Below, piece after piece: positions 38,023-51,734 of a DNA stretch of 64,000 nucleotides. The position numbers and the translations under genes are program-made. Every line of letters begins with the position of its first letter. Positions within the stretch are counted from its first letter, which is position 1. Below the pieces are notes generated by a model. The model was not told the origin of the DNA, ran no database searches, and saw only the letters and a list, made by a program, of their open reading frames with translations. The stretch comes from Heteronotia binoei (taxonomy: Eukaryota), in assembly GCF_032191835.1 (NCBI RefSeq), contig NC_083230.1:83390001-83454000 (forward strand), written 5' to 3'.

Positions 38023-40049
38023 GTGAGTGAAGAGATCTTACATCCCTGTTATGCAAAGAATCCCAAAATTCAAGAAGTGTTTTCAATTATGCTAGATTTC
38101 ATCAATACATGATTTGGCAAAGTATCCTACTTAGCCTTTTTGATAAAAAGATGAAATCACCTTGGGTTCTTTTCTTTTTAGTGAAGGGGATGCCCTGTAA
38201 CATATTTTATTGTTCCAAGGTGTAAACCAGGTGCAATGATCTTACTTATTACTGAATCAATTTTAATGAAAAATCCACTCTATGTTTTCCTTGCAACTTT
38301 GTCTTTGCTGCAGTGTGTTTGAATGGAGTAGAGATAGTTTCACTTTCAACATTCCTATTTAGACAGCTGAAACTCATGCTTCCTGAAGTTGTGTCCTTGC
38401 AAATAAAGTGCTGATACTTTGGGCCAGCTTGTCTCTGCTGAATGGATTTGACCTAATGAGTGCTCTAACCTAGGAACCCACAGCCAACGGTGGAATATTA
38501 CACAGGAGAGCCATTGCCAATCTGAGTAGACCTGAGGGGTGGGGGGGAGAGCTTGCAAAGCCGTTTCATTGTTTTCCCAGGCTCAGAGCATTTTATATTT
38601 TTAGTTTCGGCTGTGATCCTTGTTTTATTTTAAAACTTGCATTGCCAAATCCCAGTAGTCCCCCACTTTTCATGTTTTCCCAGGCTAAGATAATTTTTAG
38701 TTTCTGCTGTGATCCTTGTGCTTTTTCTTGATGTTATATTTTTAAAATTGCATTGCTAAATCCCACTGCTCCCTCGCCTTTCCATTTTAAACAAAATACT
38801 GCAAGAGTTTTAAGCATGCTTGTATTTTAAGTTACAAAAAATATATTTAATTGTGTTTGTCTGTGTCCTTTATAAAGTTTATATCTCTGCTACCTCACAT
38901 TACATTTTATGATACACTTGACTCAGGCCCCCAAAGTCCCATTTGTGTCAGAACTGGCCCCCCTAAGCTTCCCCAAAGCAACAAGCAAATAAAAGCGTAC
39001 AGGAGTTGGAGACAAAGGCATGATCCCACCAGAGTTAAGATATTTTGTGCCTCATTGATTTTCATGGGCTGGGCTTTTTTTGTAGAAAAAGCCCAGCAGG
39101 AACTCATTTGGGAAAGATTTTAGCTTGTGTCAGTGGAACTGAAAAGTCTGGATTGACTCGTGCCCGTTATAACGAAAGATTTTAGCATCTGAATTTATTT
39201 AAAATATTTATATCTTGCTTTTTCCAGCTGGATGAGATGGCCAGGATAGTTCACAGCCCACCACTAAAACAAGAAAAATAGCAGAAAAGTGCAGCAATAA
39301 TTGCAGAAAAAAAACAGGCCAAATCAGTTTTGGCATCAGCAATATAAAATTAATCATACATTAAAAAGCCATCAGCCAGGAGTAATTGGCAGTTCTCCAT
39401 AAAAAAACCCTAATTCCTTTGTTTCCGACTGAAAAAAGTTGAAAAAATATTTTCAACAGCCATTACAAGCTTTACAGAGAGAAAGTGTTGCAAACTGTCT
39501 TTGAGAGTGCCTTCTATAAGAGAGGAGCTAGAATGCCCTCTCTCTTATGGCCACCCACTGGTACTTCTGAAAAGGAAGGCTTCACAGATGGCCTCAGTGT
39601 TTGGATAGGTCTGTTTGGGAGAAGATGATCCTGTAAAAATGCTGGTCCTAAATCATGGCTTAGAGCTGTGAAGGTTACAATACCAGCAGTCTGAACTGAG
39701 ACCCAAAATAAACAGGCAACCAGTACAAATAGAACAGAATAGAACATATACTTTATTGGCTTGTCCTTATTACCAGCCCGGCAGCAGCCTTCTCAGAACA
39801 AGAACAAAATCTGTGGTGTAGTGTAGTGGTTAATCTGTGGTGTAGTGGTTAAGTGTGCGGTCTCTTATCTGGGAGAACCGGGATTGATTCCCCACTCCTT
39901 CACTTGCAGCTGCTGTAATGGCCTTGGATCAGCCATAGCTCTGGCAGAGTTGTCCTTGAAAGGGCAGCTGCTGTGAGAGCCCTCTCCAGCCCCACCCACC
40001 TCACAGGGTGCTTGTTGTGGTGGGGGGGGGGAAGGTAAAGGAGATTGTG

Positions 40050-43000
40050 TTTCAAACAATTTTATTAGTAACATATAGTAATATATTCAATTTCTTACAT
40101 CATTAATAACTACTTTTTCCTCTATCCCATATATTACTTTCTAACCTCCCCTCCCCCCGTTACGTGACCCCCACCGGTGTACTAGACTTAAAATGTTAGT
40201 ATTAAAGGTACCCTTAATCAATAAGAACCAAAATTCATATCCTCCTCCCTCTTATACTTAGTCATTATCAAAAATTATCCAATGTCCTTTTATTTTCCAC
40301 TCTTTTTCTACGTATCTTCTGAACTTTTTCCACTCCATCTTAAATACTTCTAAATCATAGTCTTGTAAGGTTCTTGTTAACTTGTCCATTTCACTCCATG
40401 CCATAACTTTTACAATCCAATCCCATTTCTCTGGTATTCTTTCTTGCTTCCACAACTGCGCATACATACAGCTGAGAGCAAGTACCAGATTAAAGTCCTA
40501 TCTTCTTTTGGAAATTTTTCCATTTGTGATCCTAACAGAAAAGTCTCTGCAACTTTGTTAAATTCATATCCCAAGATCATAGAAATCTCTTGTTGAATCA
40601 TCTGCCAATACTTTTTCGCTCTTTCACAAGTCCACCACATATGGTAGAAAGAACCTTCATGTTTTTTACATTTCCAACACCAGTCCGGCATCTTATTATT
40701 CATCTTTGCCAACTTTTTAGGAGTCATATACCATCTATACATCATTTTAAAACAATTTTCTTTGATACTCTGACATGTTGAGAGTTTCATAGAGTTCTTC
40801 CACAAATATTCCCATGTATCCATCTGTATTTCTTTATTTACATTAATTGCCCACTTAATCATTTGGGATTTCACTACTTCATCTTCCGTAGACCATTTTA
40901 AAAGTAACTTATAAATTTTCGAAATTAATTTTTCATTATCTCCAAGCAGAACTTTTTTCATTTCCGTTTGTTCTCGTCTTATTCCTTCGGTTTTAAGATC
41001 ACTTTCCACCAAACTCTTTATTTGTTGCATTTGAAACCAATCATACTTATAATTCAGCTCCTCAGCAGTTTTCAACTCTATTTTACCGCTATTTTACCGC
41101 TTGACCAGTTCCGCAGGGCCTGCAAGACCGTCCTTTTTAAACAAGCGTACATCGACTGCTGAATTGCTGTGAATAAAGGATCCGCCATCTGCATTACTAT
41201 GGGACTATTTAAACTGGCAGAACCAGCGTCAGAATTTCACTATTGCTGCCAGATAAATTTAATTTAACTTAAATAATGTATTTTAAATCTATTAACTGGT
41301 TTTTATATGTTTAATCTTTTAATTGTTAAATTTAAAGTTTTTATCTATTAATGTAAATGTATAAAATGTTGTTAGCCGCCCTGAGCTGCCTAGGCGGGGA
41401 GGGCGGGATACAAATAAAATCTATTATTATTATATTATTATTTGTATTTTTAATAGTTGATTATATGACATCCATTTTCCCTCTCCTAACTCAGCCGTTT
41501 TTTTTATTACTTCTGCAGGCACTATCCATAGTGGTTTTCTCTCATCGCCATATTTCTTATACTTCATCCAGATATTTAGCAAGTTATTTCTTATGTAATG
41601 GTGAGAGAAATAACCATCCATCTTTTTCTTCCCATAGTACATATAAGCGTGCCAGCCGAATTTATTTCCATGACCTTCCAATGTTAAAAGTTTTTTATTC
41701 AATAACATCACCCAATCTTTTATCCACACCAAACAAACTGCTTCATGATATAGTCTTAAATCTGGTAATTGAAATCCTCCTCTTTCTTTAGCATCTGTTA
41801 AAACTTTCATTTTAATCCTTGGTTTCTTTCCAGCTCATATAAATTCTGAAATCTTCCTTTGCCATTTATTAAATTGTTTGCTGTCTTTCACAATCAGGAT
41901 AGTTTGGAATAAATACATTATTCTTGGCAAAATGTTCATCTTAATTGCAGCTATTCTCCCAAGCAATGACAAATTAAGCTTATTCCACTTTATCATATCT
42001 TCATCCATTTTACGCCATAACTTTTCATAATTTTTAAACAAATCAATGTTCTTCATTGTTATTTCCACACCCAAATATTTTTCTTTAGAGGTAACCTCAC
42101 ATCCCGTTAGCCTCTGCAGTTCCTTTTGTTTATTTACTTGCATATTTTTACATAAAAGTTTTGATTTTTCTTTATTAACATAAAGTCCCGCCAATTCTCC
42201 AAAATTTTGTATTTTAGCTAACAACAAAGGTGTTACTTGTATAGGATTTTCATTTATAAACATTATGTCATCTGCAAATGCTCTATATTTCCGGGATCAG
42301 AAAATGGCGAGCTGAGCTGCTTTCCTCAACGGGGGCAGGCTGGCACTTCTATTTGGGGTAGTAAAAGGCAAACTAATGCTTTCTGCCTACTTTTCTCAGC
42401 TAGAGAATTGTCCAAGATATGCACAGATACTTTGAGGAGACTTACCTTGGCTGAAAGAGTGTCCTGGAGGGGGCTCCTTTGAGGCTTTGAGGGATCTCCG
42501 GAGAGAAGTCGTATATTCATCATCTACAGAAGTTTCCAGAGTCATTTATTTGATATAAGCTCGACAGGATGCGAGTCTTCTTTTACAACTTTAAACATCT
42601 AATCTACAAAAAACTGGTGTCGATTTGGATAAACTACAAAAAAAGTTATTGATCGCTATCTTTTCACTCCAAGAGTAACTAAAGCTAAACAAAACAAAAT
42701 TAAAAGGTGGGAGTTGGATATAATGGAAGCCTGAAAGGAGAAGAAAAGGGGCTAAATTTGAACTTTGTAAATCTAAAAGACAGCGCTAAAAGGAGAAAGG
42801 AATTTATTGTTTAGTCTATCTGTGGTTGAGGAAGTAGCCCAACTAGTCACTTACCTGACGTTCTAGCATCCACTTCGGCTTCTGACTTTGGCTTCTGGAC
42901 CCCCTGACTTTGGCTTTGACTTCTGGACCCCCCCGACTTCGGCTCCTGGACCTTTGACTTGCGATACCTGGACTGTGATTCGGTTTTGGCGTATTGGACC

Positions 43001-46000
43001 CTCGTTACTCCCCAGCTACAGACCTTGGACTGCCCCTGGACTTCGCCTGACCCAGCCCCAGCACGTGACACATTGCGAGATTTCTCTACCAGTGAAACGA
43101 GACTTGGTGGCAGGAAAAGTAGGAAGTACTAGAGGAAGAAGAAGGAAGTAAGAGAAGTAAACAGCCTACTCCAGGATTATAATATCAGTGAGAAATATCG
43201 GTGGCCATTGCTGGGAGGACAAAGTTTTAACAAAGTTTTTAAAGACTTGGACAATAAAAATTGGTGGAGTTAAATGAGTTGGTAATTTTAAAATAAGGAC
43301 TATTGGACAGTGGTGAAGAAGATCTGAATTGGATAAAGGGAAAAGAAGGAAAAATTTTTAAAGTGAAGCAAAAGTTGTGATCGCCATTTTGGGGAAAATA
43401 AAAAAACTTTAAACATTAATATCTGAGCCTGGGTGGCACAGAGGATGGTGAAATTGGGTTCATTGGAAAGGGCAAGCTTCACTTTATTAAACCTGATGGT
43501 CCAAATTTAATTTGATGAGATAAAATTTTTTGACCTTTTTTACATGTCAGACCCGAAGCAAATTCGTACTAGTTCTGCTTCAATGGAGAAAATGCAAGCC
43601 CAATTAGATGCAGTGGAAGCCATGGATTATGAAGGGGGTGAAAGAAATGATAACTGCCTCTAAAAAAGATATAAGAAAGTACATTGAGGACTAAAAAAAA
43701 GAATTAAAAAAAGAGATAGAGAATCTCAGAAATGAAACTGTAGTAATAACAAAAAAAAGTACAAGAGGTGGAAGAGAGAGTGAAAACACATGATTCCACC
43801 TTGTTAAAATTACAAGAAAAGGTGTTAATACATGACTGCAAGTTGATGGAGACACAGATTCGTCTGAGAGGTGTACCAGAAGATGAAGAATCTGATTTGA
43901 AAGAACACATAATAAAAATAAGTGCAGAATTTTTGAAGGAAGATCCCGAAGGGAACAGAAGTATGTATGATTATATGTATAGAGTGAACTCACTCTATGC
44001 AAAAAAGAACAATCTGCCAAGAGATGTGGTTATAAGATTTATGACAAAAGAAATGGTGGGAAAAATCATGAATAAAATTTTTGAAAAGACATTGATAGTG
44101 GGAGGTAGCAGAATAAAAATTATGAAAGAGTTGCCAAGACAAGTGTTAACTGACAGGAATGCATATACAAAATTGACAGAAAAACTACGTGACAATGGAA
44201 TGAGATACAGATGGATAATACCTGAAGGTTTGAGCTTTGAACTTTGAGGGGAAAGGATTGCAATTACAAACACACAGGAACTGCGTAGATTTTACGGAGA
44301 AAATAAAGAATTTGCACCATGCTGGATTACAAATTGATATCTTGGATGTAAATGGACTAAATACACCACAAAAAAGGGCAACATTTCATTGGATAAAAAA
44401 AAAATTGTAATATAGTTTGTTTACAAGAAGTGCATATTAGACAAAAGGATTATAAATTTTTATGGAGCAAGCAATTGGGACTAGAATTTTATACATTGGC
44501 TGAACAGAAGAAGAGAGGAGTAATTTTTATATTAAAAAAGAGTTAGACCCGAAATTGGTTTTTAAGATAAAGATGGAAGATATATAACAGTGGAAATTTT
44601 ATTGAATGCTAAAAAGACTTTATTGTTGGGACTTTATGCTCCAAATGGTGCAAAGGACATTTTCTTTAAAAATATTACGCAACATCTTGATGAAGTGACT
44701 TATGAGCAAATTTTGTTGATGGGGGACTTTAATGGAACAATTCAGAACACAATAGATAGATCTGGGAAGACAAAAATTGATAAAGAAGGGAAATTGCCAA
44801 AATCTTTTTTTGAGTTGGTTAAACAAGAGAATTTGGAGGATATATGGAGGAAGTTTAACCCTGAAGTACGGGACTACACCTTTTTCTCAGCCAGACATAA
44901 TTCCTTTTCTAGAATTGACATGTTGTGGGGTACTAAAGATTTTGGATAACAAGGAAGGTAGAGATTTTACCCAAAATAGGAGCTGACCACAACCCAATAA
45001 TGTGGATTACAAAATTGTCCAAAAAGGTGAGAAGATGGAGAATGAAGATTAACTACAAAATAAAGAAATTGTGATATCTTTAGAAAATGAAACTAAAGCC
45101 TATTTCCAAGTTAATGTAAGAGAAGATATAGAATTTCAGATGGTATGGGATGCCTATAAGGCAGTAATGAGAGGAATACTAATAACACTGAATAATAAAG
45201 ACAAGAGAGCAAAAGATAAACAGATCTTGGACATTCAAAATGAAATTAAGAAAAAAGAAGGTGAATTAAGAAAAAGGCCTGGGAAAAAGAAAATTATAAG
45301 GGAGATTACAATATTGCAAACACAAATGAGACATTTGTTAAATAAGGAAATGGAATGGAATTTGAAAAAATTACAACAGAAATCTTTTGAGGGTGCAAAC
45401 AAACCTGGAAAGTACTTGGCTTGGCAATTGAAGAAAAAGAGAGAAAGTAAAATTATTAACAAAATTGTGGTTGATGGGAAAGAGATGGTGGACCAAGAAG
45501 GAATAAAGAGAGAATTTTTTAAGTATTATGCTAATTTATTTAAGGGTGTTAAAGTAAAGAAAGAAAGGATCAAAACGTATTTGCAAAAGATCAAAATAGC
45601 ACCCTTAACTGAATATATGGAAAAAATTTTGAATGATCCAATTGAAAAAATAGAAATTGAAGCAGCGATTAATGTAATGAAAATTGGGAAGGCACCTGGA
45701 CCAGATGAATATATGGCAAAAAAATTTAAAATGCTTAAAGAACAATTAGTACCGAAACTTCAAAAATTGATGAATGGAATAAGATTAAATGGGAAAATAC
45801 CCAACACATGGAGAAAGAAGCTGTAATCTCGTTGATTCCAAAGGAAGATAGAGATGTCACGAATGTAAAGAATTATAGACCAATTTCATTATTAAATAAT
45901 GATTATAAGATATACACAAGAATCCTGGCAGAGCGGCTTAAACAATATTTAATAAATTTTATAAAGGAAGATCAAGCGGGCTTTCTCCCCAAAAGGCAAA

Positions 46001-46373
46001 TAAGAGACAATATTACAACTGTTGTAAATATTGTAGAATATTATGAAAGACATCCAGAGAAGGAAGTTGCGTTATTTTTTGTGAATGCAGAGAAAGCTTT
46101 TGATAATTTGAACTGAGACTTTGTTTGCAGTTATGGAAAAAATAAAGTTTGGGGAAAACTTTGTAAGAATGATAAAGGCAATATATACTGAACAACGTGC
46201 CAGGTTATGTATAAATGCAGATCTCACAGATGAAATGAAAATTAGCAAAGGCACAAGACAAGGTTGTCCGCTTTCGCCATTGTTGTTTATAATGACTCTT
46301 GAAATTTTATTGATGTAGATACAAGAAGATGAAGAGATAGAAGGAATGAGAATTAAAGGATTTACCTATAAAT
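40050..46373 (-). mobile_element. Full-length L1 LINE with inverted 5' portion, pseudogenised
   Basis: 42291-46373 (+) carries 5'UTR, ORF1 (from about 43544), endonuclease (from about 44319) and RT up to ...GFTYK. 42290-40050 (-) continues KYRAFADD..., then the Cys-rich CWKC..HMWWTC domain and a 3'UTR with AATAAA. Flanked by TSD GTAAAGGAGATTGTG (40035-40049, 46378-46392). Confidence 0.93.
41091..41445 (+). mobile_element. 5'-truncated L2 LINE 3' end nested in the L1 ORF2
   Basis: GACCAGTTCCGCAGGGCCTGCAAGACC...GTTAGCCGCCCTGAG...GGGCGGGATA with a (TAT)n tail, the same end as the 20645-21345 copy. L1 ORF2 resumes on both sides. Confidence 0.85.
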
Positions 46374-46984
46374 GAAAGTAAAGGAGATTGTGAGTCGCTC
46401 TGAGACTCTTCAGAGTGGAGGGCGGGATATAAATCCAATATCTTCTCTTCTTCTATTAGTACAAATCAACACAAACTGTTATGCAAGCTTTTGAGCTCAC
46501 CAGAACTCTTCCTCAGGCTGGATGCTAGAAAATGTAAAAAAAAAAAGATTGAAGCAGATTCTTCAAGCCATATGGTTAAAGGTCTGATCTTGCATTTATC
46601 CAGCAAAGGTCCAGCATCAACCCCCAGATCAGTCATATATCTGTCCAAGAATGCCTCCATGGCTGAATGAAATTTGTTTGTCCCCCCGTCCATGCAATCA
46701 CTGATTTCTGATATGCCTTCACAGTTTCCAGAGATTCCCCAGTGTTAGATAGAAATGAGAGAGACAGTAAAGTATCGTGTATATTGATGACAAGAAGTCC
46801 AAATCACTGGTTAACTTCCCCTACCAATTTAATGTAGATGTTAAACAGTAAAAGAACAAGGTAAACACCAAGTCAGTGGCAGAGCAGTAGCCCCTCCCCA
46901 CATTGTTCAGATTTTTATTCTGCCCTCTGCACAAGCAGGCCCAGGGTGGATCACAACATGGGAACAGAGTCAGTTACCCATTAC

Positions 46985-47490
46985 CAGGAGTGTCGAACTC
47001 ATTTGTTATGAGGGCTGGATCTGACATAAATGGGACTTTGTGGGGCCAGGCCATGTGTGTCATAGAATGTAATGCCAGATAGTGGAGGTACAAACTTTAT
47101 AAAGGACACAGACAAACACAATTAACAATTATTTTTTAAAAAAAACTTAAAACGTGCTTTAAAAACATTAACACTCTTGCAATATTTTGTTTATTTAACA
47201 GTCTCTGGTAATTGACAACTCTTGCTCTGAGGAGCCTTGGCCAATAGAAGGAAGAGAGGCTTGGTTCAGTAGCTCTGCTGTGCAATTGAGAGAGCCTGAC
47301 AAAGCAAGCTCTCCCTCGAGCTTCATCCAACGGAGAAATAGAGGCTTTACTCCATAGCTCCTGTGTGACTGAGCAAGCCTGGCAAAGCCTGTGATGCAGA
47401 AGGAAGCAAGAGAGAGGGAGAAGGAAGCAGATGACGGCCAGTTGCTCGGGGGCCTGAGTCGGCCCTCAGGCTGCATGTTTGACATCCCTG
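46985..47490. mobile_element. Non-autonomous hAT element
   Basis: TIR CAGGAGTGTCGAAC / GTTTGACATCCCTG; related sequence near 38930-38960; no clear TSD. Confidence 0.7.
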
Positions 47491-48436
47491 TGTTACAGTA
47501 TACAAATATTAAAGATAAAATCATTAAAATACTAGATTAAAACAGGCAGCATCACTTGCATAAAAACCTCTCTGGGCCACATAGATGGAATCAGTGGGCA
47601 CCTCAGCAAAATAGGAACTACAGCAGGGAGGCCAACTGAGGTAGACGCCCTCTGCCTCAACTGAAAGCCTGGCAGAATAGCTTTTGAGAACCATCTTCTA
47701 GGAAGGAAGGGAGTCATGTAGAGCCAACCTGAAAGTCACCAAGGTCAATAGTATCAAGAGACTCCAAGAGATCCAGAAAAACCAACAGAAATACACTCAT
47801 CCTGTTCATGTCCTGGCACTATCATCTTAGGCTAGGATGACTGACTAATAGCCAAACTAGATGAGAAATTTTACATGTTAGGTCAGTTCCAAGCCGAAAT
47901 GGCCATGGAAGTTCCCAGTTTGCCTAACTGTGAGGGTGCATGTGGCTGTTTCGGCTCAGGAAAATGGCACTGGGTGGAGATTGAAGCTCCTTCTACTTCT
48001 GTGCCATATCCCCATGTCAAATTGCATCTCAGTGCACTTGGAATGTTAGTTTTCCAACAGCACAGATGACTGCAAATCAGGTGTCAAATTTATTGTTAAG
48101 TTTGGCCCTTAAAACCGTTCTAAAAACAGGCAGAAAGCTCTCTGTCACGAATCCAGGTAAGCAGTATTCTCCAGCAAATGCTGGAATTTCACTGCAACCC
48201 ATGTGCACCTTGGCCAGAGAATATCCCCATGTGGAGGCTGCACTACAACAATGAATGCCTCTCCATTCTCAACAGTAATGTGAACAGAACAGGGGAATCA
48301 TTCCTATGTGGAAGCAAACGAAGAATGCCTTTGAGGGTGCTCTTGACATTCTCTTTTTCCACAAAGAAAGTAAACTGCAGATGCTGTTGAGCTCTAAGAA
48401 AATAATCTGTAACACTAATTATGTTTATCATTGAAG

Positions 48437-48509
48437 GTAATTGAGGATACAAGTGGGAAAAAACCTTCAGGACAAAAGAGACTGACATCAAGGCAAATTA
48501 GGGGAAAAG
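48437..48509 (+). CDS. FAM227A: FAM227A candidate coding exon (73 nt)
   Basis: ttgaag|GTA acceptor, G|gtatg donor; VIEDTSGKKPSGQKRLTSRQIRGK. It is the only open phase 0-to-1 exon I found that bridges its neighbours; low sequence similarity. Confidence 0.6.
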
Positions 48510-50240
48510 GTATGCATTAAATTACTACCTACCTATGCACCTATTTATAAAGTCTTCAAAAACAAATATCATTAGCACATTTTAAAAATGTTTGTACAAC
48601 CTTTTACGTAGAACTGAACCCATTTTTGGGAAAGGGCAGAAATTGCCTAAATAAATAATAGAACTCCATTTCCACTTGATAGGTTCATGCCTGCTTAGTT
48701 TTAGTAATGTTTTAGTATCAGATGTTTACAGATGGTTCATTGAGCGTATAGCTTATCAGTTTTTTCTTCAAATAATTTCCTGTTTGGCACATACTCTGGA
48801 GTTGAATTCCACCTGAATGTGGACTAGGAGTGAGGAGGGGATAGCAGTCTTGCTGTATCATTGATAAAAGCTAAATTTTTCAAATGCAAAATGTTTGTAT
48901 CCCTGAAATTTTTCTCGATCCTAGGATAAAGTAACCAAATAAGAAACTTCTCATCAGTGATGCATCTGAGGGCTGTCAGCTTGGGGAATAACTTAGGTCT
49001 TTGGGAATGTGGAGAAACGCCATCTTAGTTAATGGTGGTGCTTGGTTGGGAGGGAACATGAAACTGCTAAGGCAGGCTTTGTGGCCTAGCCTTCCCTTCA
49101 CTCCCTCCTCCCTTCCGGAGTTAAACCATCAACTCTAGGGGGAAAGCCTCCTAGAGGGGCAGGAAGTTCTTTTTTTTATTGGAGTGAGGCGGGAAAAGGT
49201 CAGTTCTCGGCCGGCCCTCAAGGAGAGAGGTTGTCAGTCTGTGGGCTCCTGACTGTGGGAGAGGCCTTCTCAAGAGGGAGAGAAGGACTCCAGGCAGTCA
49301 GAACGAGGAAGTCATCCACAGGGCAGGGCAAGTTTAAACCAGGGACGGGAGGATGCGTTTAAATCCACCTTTTATTTGTGCTTCTGGTTGCTGTTCGGGT
49401 GCTGTGCTAAACTTTTACATGCAACTGCTTTTGTTTTTTGTTTTTTGTTTCTTTTCTTTTTCTCTTCTAATTAAATATTTTTACTGTTTTAAATGCTGGC
49501 AGTCAAACTTTGTACCACATAGATCCCCAACCGCTTTAGACCACGCTGCTTTATGAAGGGGGCCCCGGGGAAAGGGGGAAGGCATGTAGTTGGATAAGGT
49601 GCCAATCCTCCAGGGGTTCCCCAAAGAAGTGCTGTGGTCTCTGTGATACACAAGTACAGGGTGGCAGAGGACCTTGAGGCCTGGCCTCAGAGCTGGAGAG
49701 GGGGATTGGGAGTCCTGTTCCTCTCAATCTGAACTCCTAGACTGAGCAGGTGGTGGCAGCGAGCCCAAGTGGCCAGAGGAGAAATAGCTCCTTCCAAAAA
49801 GGGGAACGGGGTCTGGTAGGCAAACCAGGGCTGTTCCATCACAGAGAATATAAGATCTAATGGCACAAATACCTGCTTGATGCATGTATGAGTCACATGA
49901 ACTGTTGAGGAGCCTATGTATATTCATTGGGACACAGCTGAGGTGTTTCTGACTCAGTTGGAACAAATTCAGTACTTTGTGGAACACTTTGCTGTACAAT
50001 TATTTGTCATGCATCTCAGCAGGTAATGTTTTGTTTTGATTTATGGAACCTCTGTAACTTGGAATACAGTAAAGGATTCATAAAACAGCAGCTTCTCTTG
50101 AACTTTTCATCTGGTTATTTTCTTTCCATCTGGTTATTTCTGATGCCACTGTAATAGTGAATAAGACGTAGCACAAGGTCTCTGCAAGGATCCCAGTTCT
50201 TCCCAGTACATCCCCCTTTCCCAGCAGCTATTTCTATCCC

Positions 50241-51270
50241 CTTAGAATCATAGAGCTGGAAGGGATCATACAGGCCATCTTTTCCAACCCCCTGCTCAGT
50301 GCAGGATCAGCTGGGACATCCCCAACAAGTGTTCGTCCAGATGCTGCTTAAAGACTGCCAGTGAGGGGGAGCTCACCACCTCCCTCAGTAGTTGAACAAT
50401 TCTTACAGTAAAAAAAGTTTTTCCTGATATCCAGCTGGTACCTTTCTGCCCTTAATTTAAACCCATTATTGTGAGTCCTCTCCTCTGCTATCAACAGCTC
50501 CCTGCTCTCGTCTAAGTGAAAGCCCTTCAGATACTTTAAGAAAGCAATCATGTCCCCCCTCAGCCTTCTTAGCCAGACTGAACATTCTCAACTCCTTCAG
50601 TCTGTTCTCATAGGGCTTGGTCTTCAGGCCTCAGATCATCCTCGTTGCTCTCCTTTGCACGCACTCAATTCTGTTTGCATCCTTCTTGAACTGTATGTCA
50701 AGCATGTGGGTTCCATGACGAGTCGAGGTTGATACAAAGACTACGTTTATTGACAGACCGATACTTTTGCTCAAGCCGTTGCTTGAGAAGAATGAAACCA
50801 ATACATTGATACACAACTTTTAAGATACACTTCAAAGGGATTCCTACAGGTAGGGGAAGCAAGGGAGCGTTCTCACATAGAATATCAAAACTACATTCAT
50901 TCCCAGGGCGTTATCAAGCATTCAGCCTTGCATTGCCCAGATGGTGCATCCTCCTGGGGAAGGATTCATGGGAAGGTGCTGATTGCTTTGTTCCCTCTAA
51001 TTAACGGTCATAAAGCAAAGAGGAGCCAGGAAAGAATAACAAACTAGCAGCATTTGGTTCTCTGGGATCTTACCCAGGCCTGCTTTTGTCAGGCCATAAA
51101 CCCATCGGTTATTGATCAGAATTAGCCATGCTTGACACTGTAGCCTTCAGAACTGCACACAACACTCCAGGTGTGGCCTAATCAATGTAGTGTACAGTGG
51201 AACTTTATGTTATGCCTCTCTTGATACACCCCAAGATCATATTAGCCTTTTTTGTCACTGCATCACACAC
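50241..51270 (-). mobile_element. CR1 LINE 3' fragment (interrupted by the solo LTR)
   Basis: CTATGATTCT-type tail; ORF2 remnants DANRIECVQRRATRMI and HNNGFKL...YQLDIRKNFF. Confidence 0.82.
50696..51137 (-). mobile_element. Solo LTR nested in a CR1 fragment
   Basis: 11-bp terminal inverted repeat TGTCAAGCATG / CATGCTTGACA, 5-bp TSD CTGTA, minus-strand AATAAA; CR1 sequence resumes after it. Confidence 0.85.
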
Positions 51271-51454
51271 ACATATTTAACTTATGGTCCACCTGTACCC
51301 CAAGAGCTTGTTCACGCACGCACTGCTACCCAATTAATGTTTATTCCTGGCATTGCAGTTCCCATTTCCCCCAACTTTGTTTTGGAAAAGAACAATTTTT
51401 GCTTACCTTTGAAAGAAAAGGGAAGGCTGTCTGAACCTTTGCATATGAGAGGAA

Positions 51455-51734
51455 GAAGAAGACAACAACGAGATTGGATTTATATCCCGCCCTCCACTCA
51501 AGAGTCTCAGAGGACTCACAATCTCCTTTATCTTCCTCCCCCACAACAAACACCCTGTGAGGTGGGTGGGGCTGAGAGGACTCTCACAGCAGCTGCCCTT
51601 TCAAGGACAAGCTTTGTGATAACTATGGCTGACCCAAGGCCATTCCAGCAGGTGCAAGTGGAGGAGTGGGGAATCAAACCTGGTTCTCCCAGATAAGAGT
51701 CCGCACACTTAAGCACTACACCAAACTGCTTCTC
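51455..51734 (-). mobile_element. tRNA-derived SINE (Squam3-like)
   Basis: Reverse complement of the 56190 and 59566 copies, with an A/B-box head and a (TCT)n tail. Confidence 0.85.

Larger units (their letters stand above)
39838..46453 (+). mobile_element. tRNA-derived SINE (Squam3-like) split by the L1 insertion: parts 39838-40049 and 46374-46453
   Basis: Head TGGTGTAGTGGTTAAG...GATTCCCC. The body resumes after the L1 with GAGTCGCTCTGAGACTC...GGATATAAATCC, as in the intact copies at 56190 and 59566. Confidence 0.88.

Noticed and set aside
48990-49520. Possible second solo LTR
   Set aside because: I could not find matching TG..CA termini with a TSD.
49959-50023. Open candidate FAM227A exon (ctcag|TTG...AG|gtaat)
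   Set aside because: It ends in phase 2, which would put a stop in the 53318 exon; the 48437 exon fits the phases.
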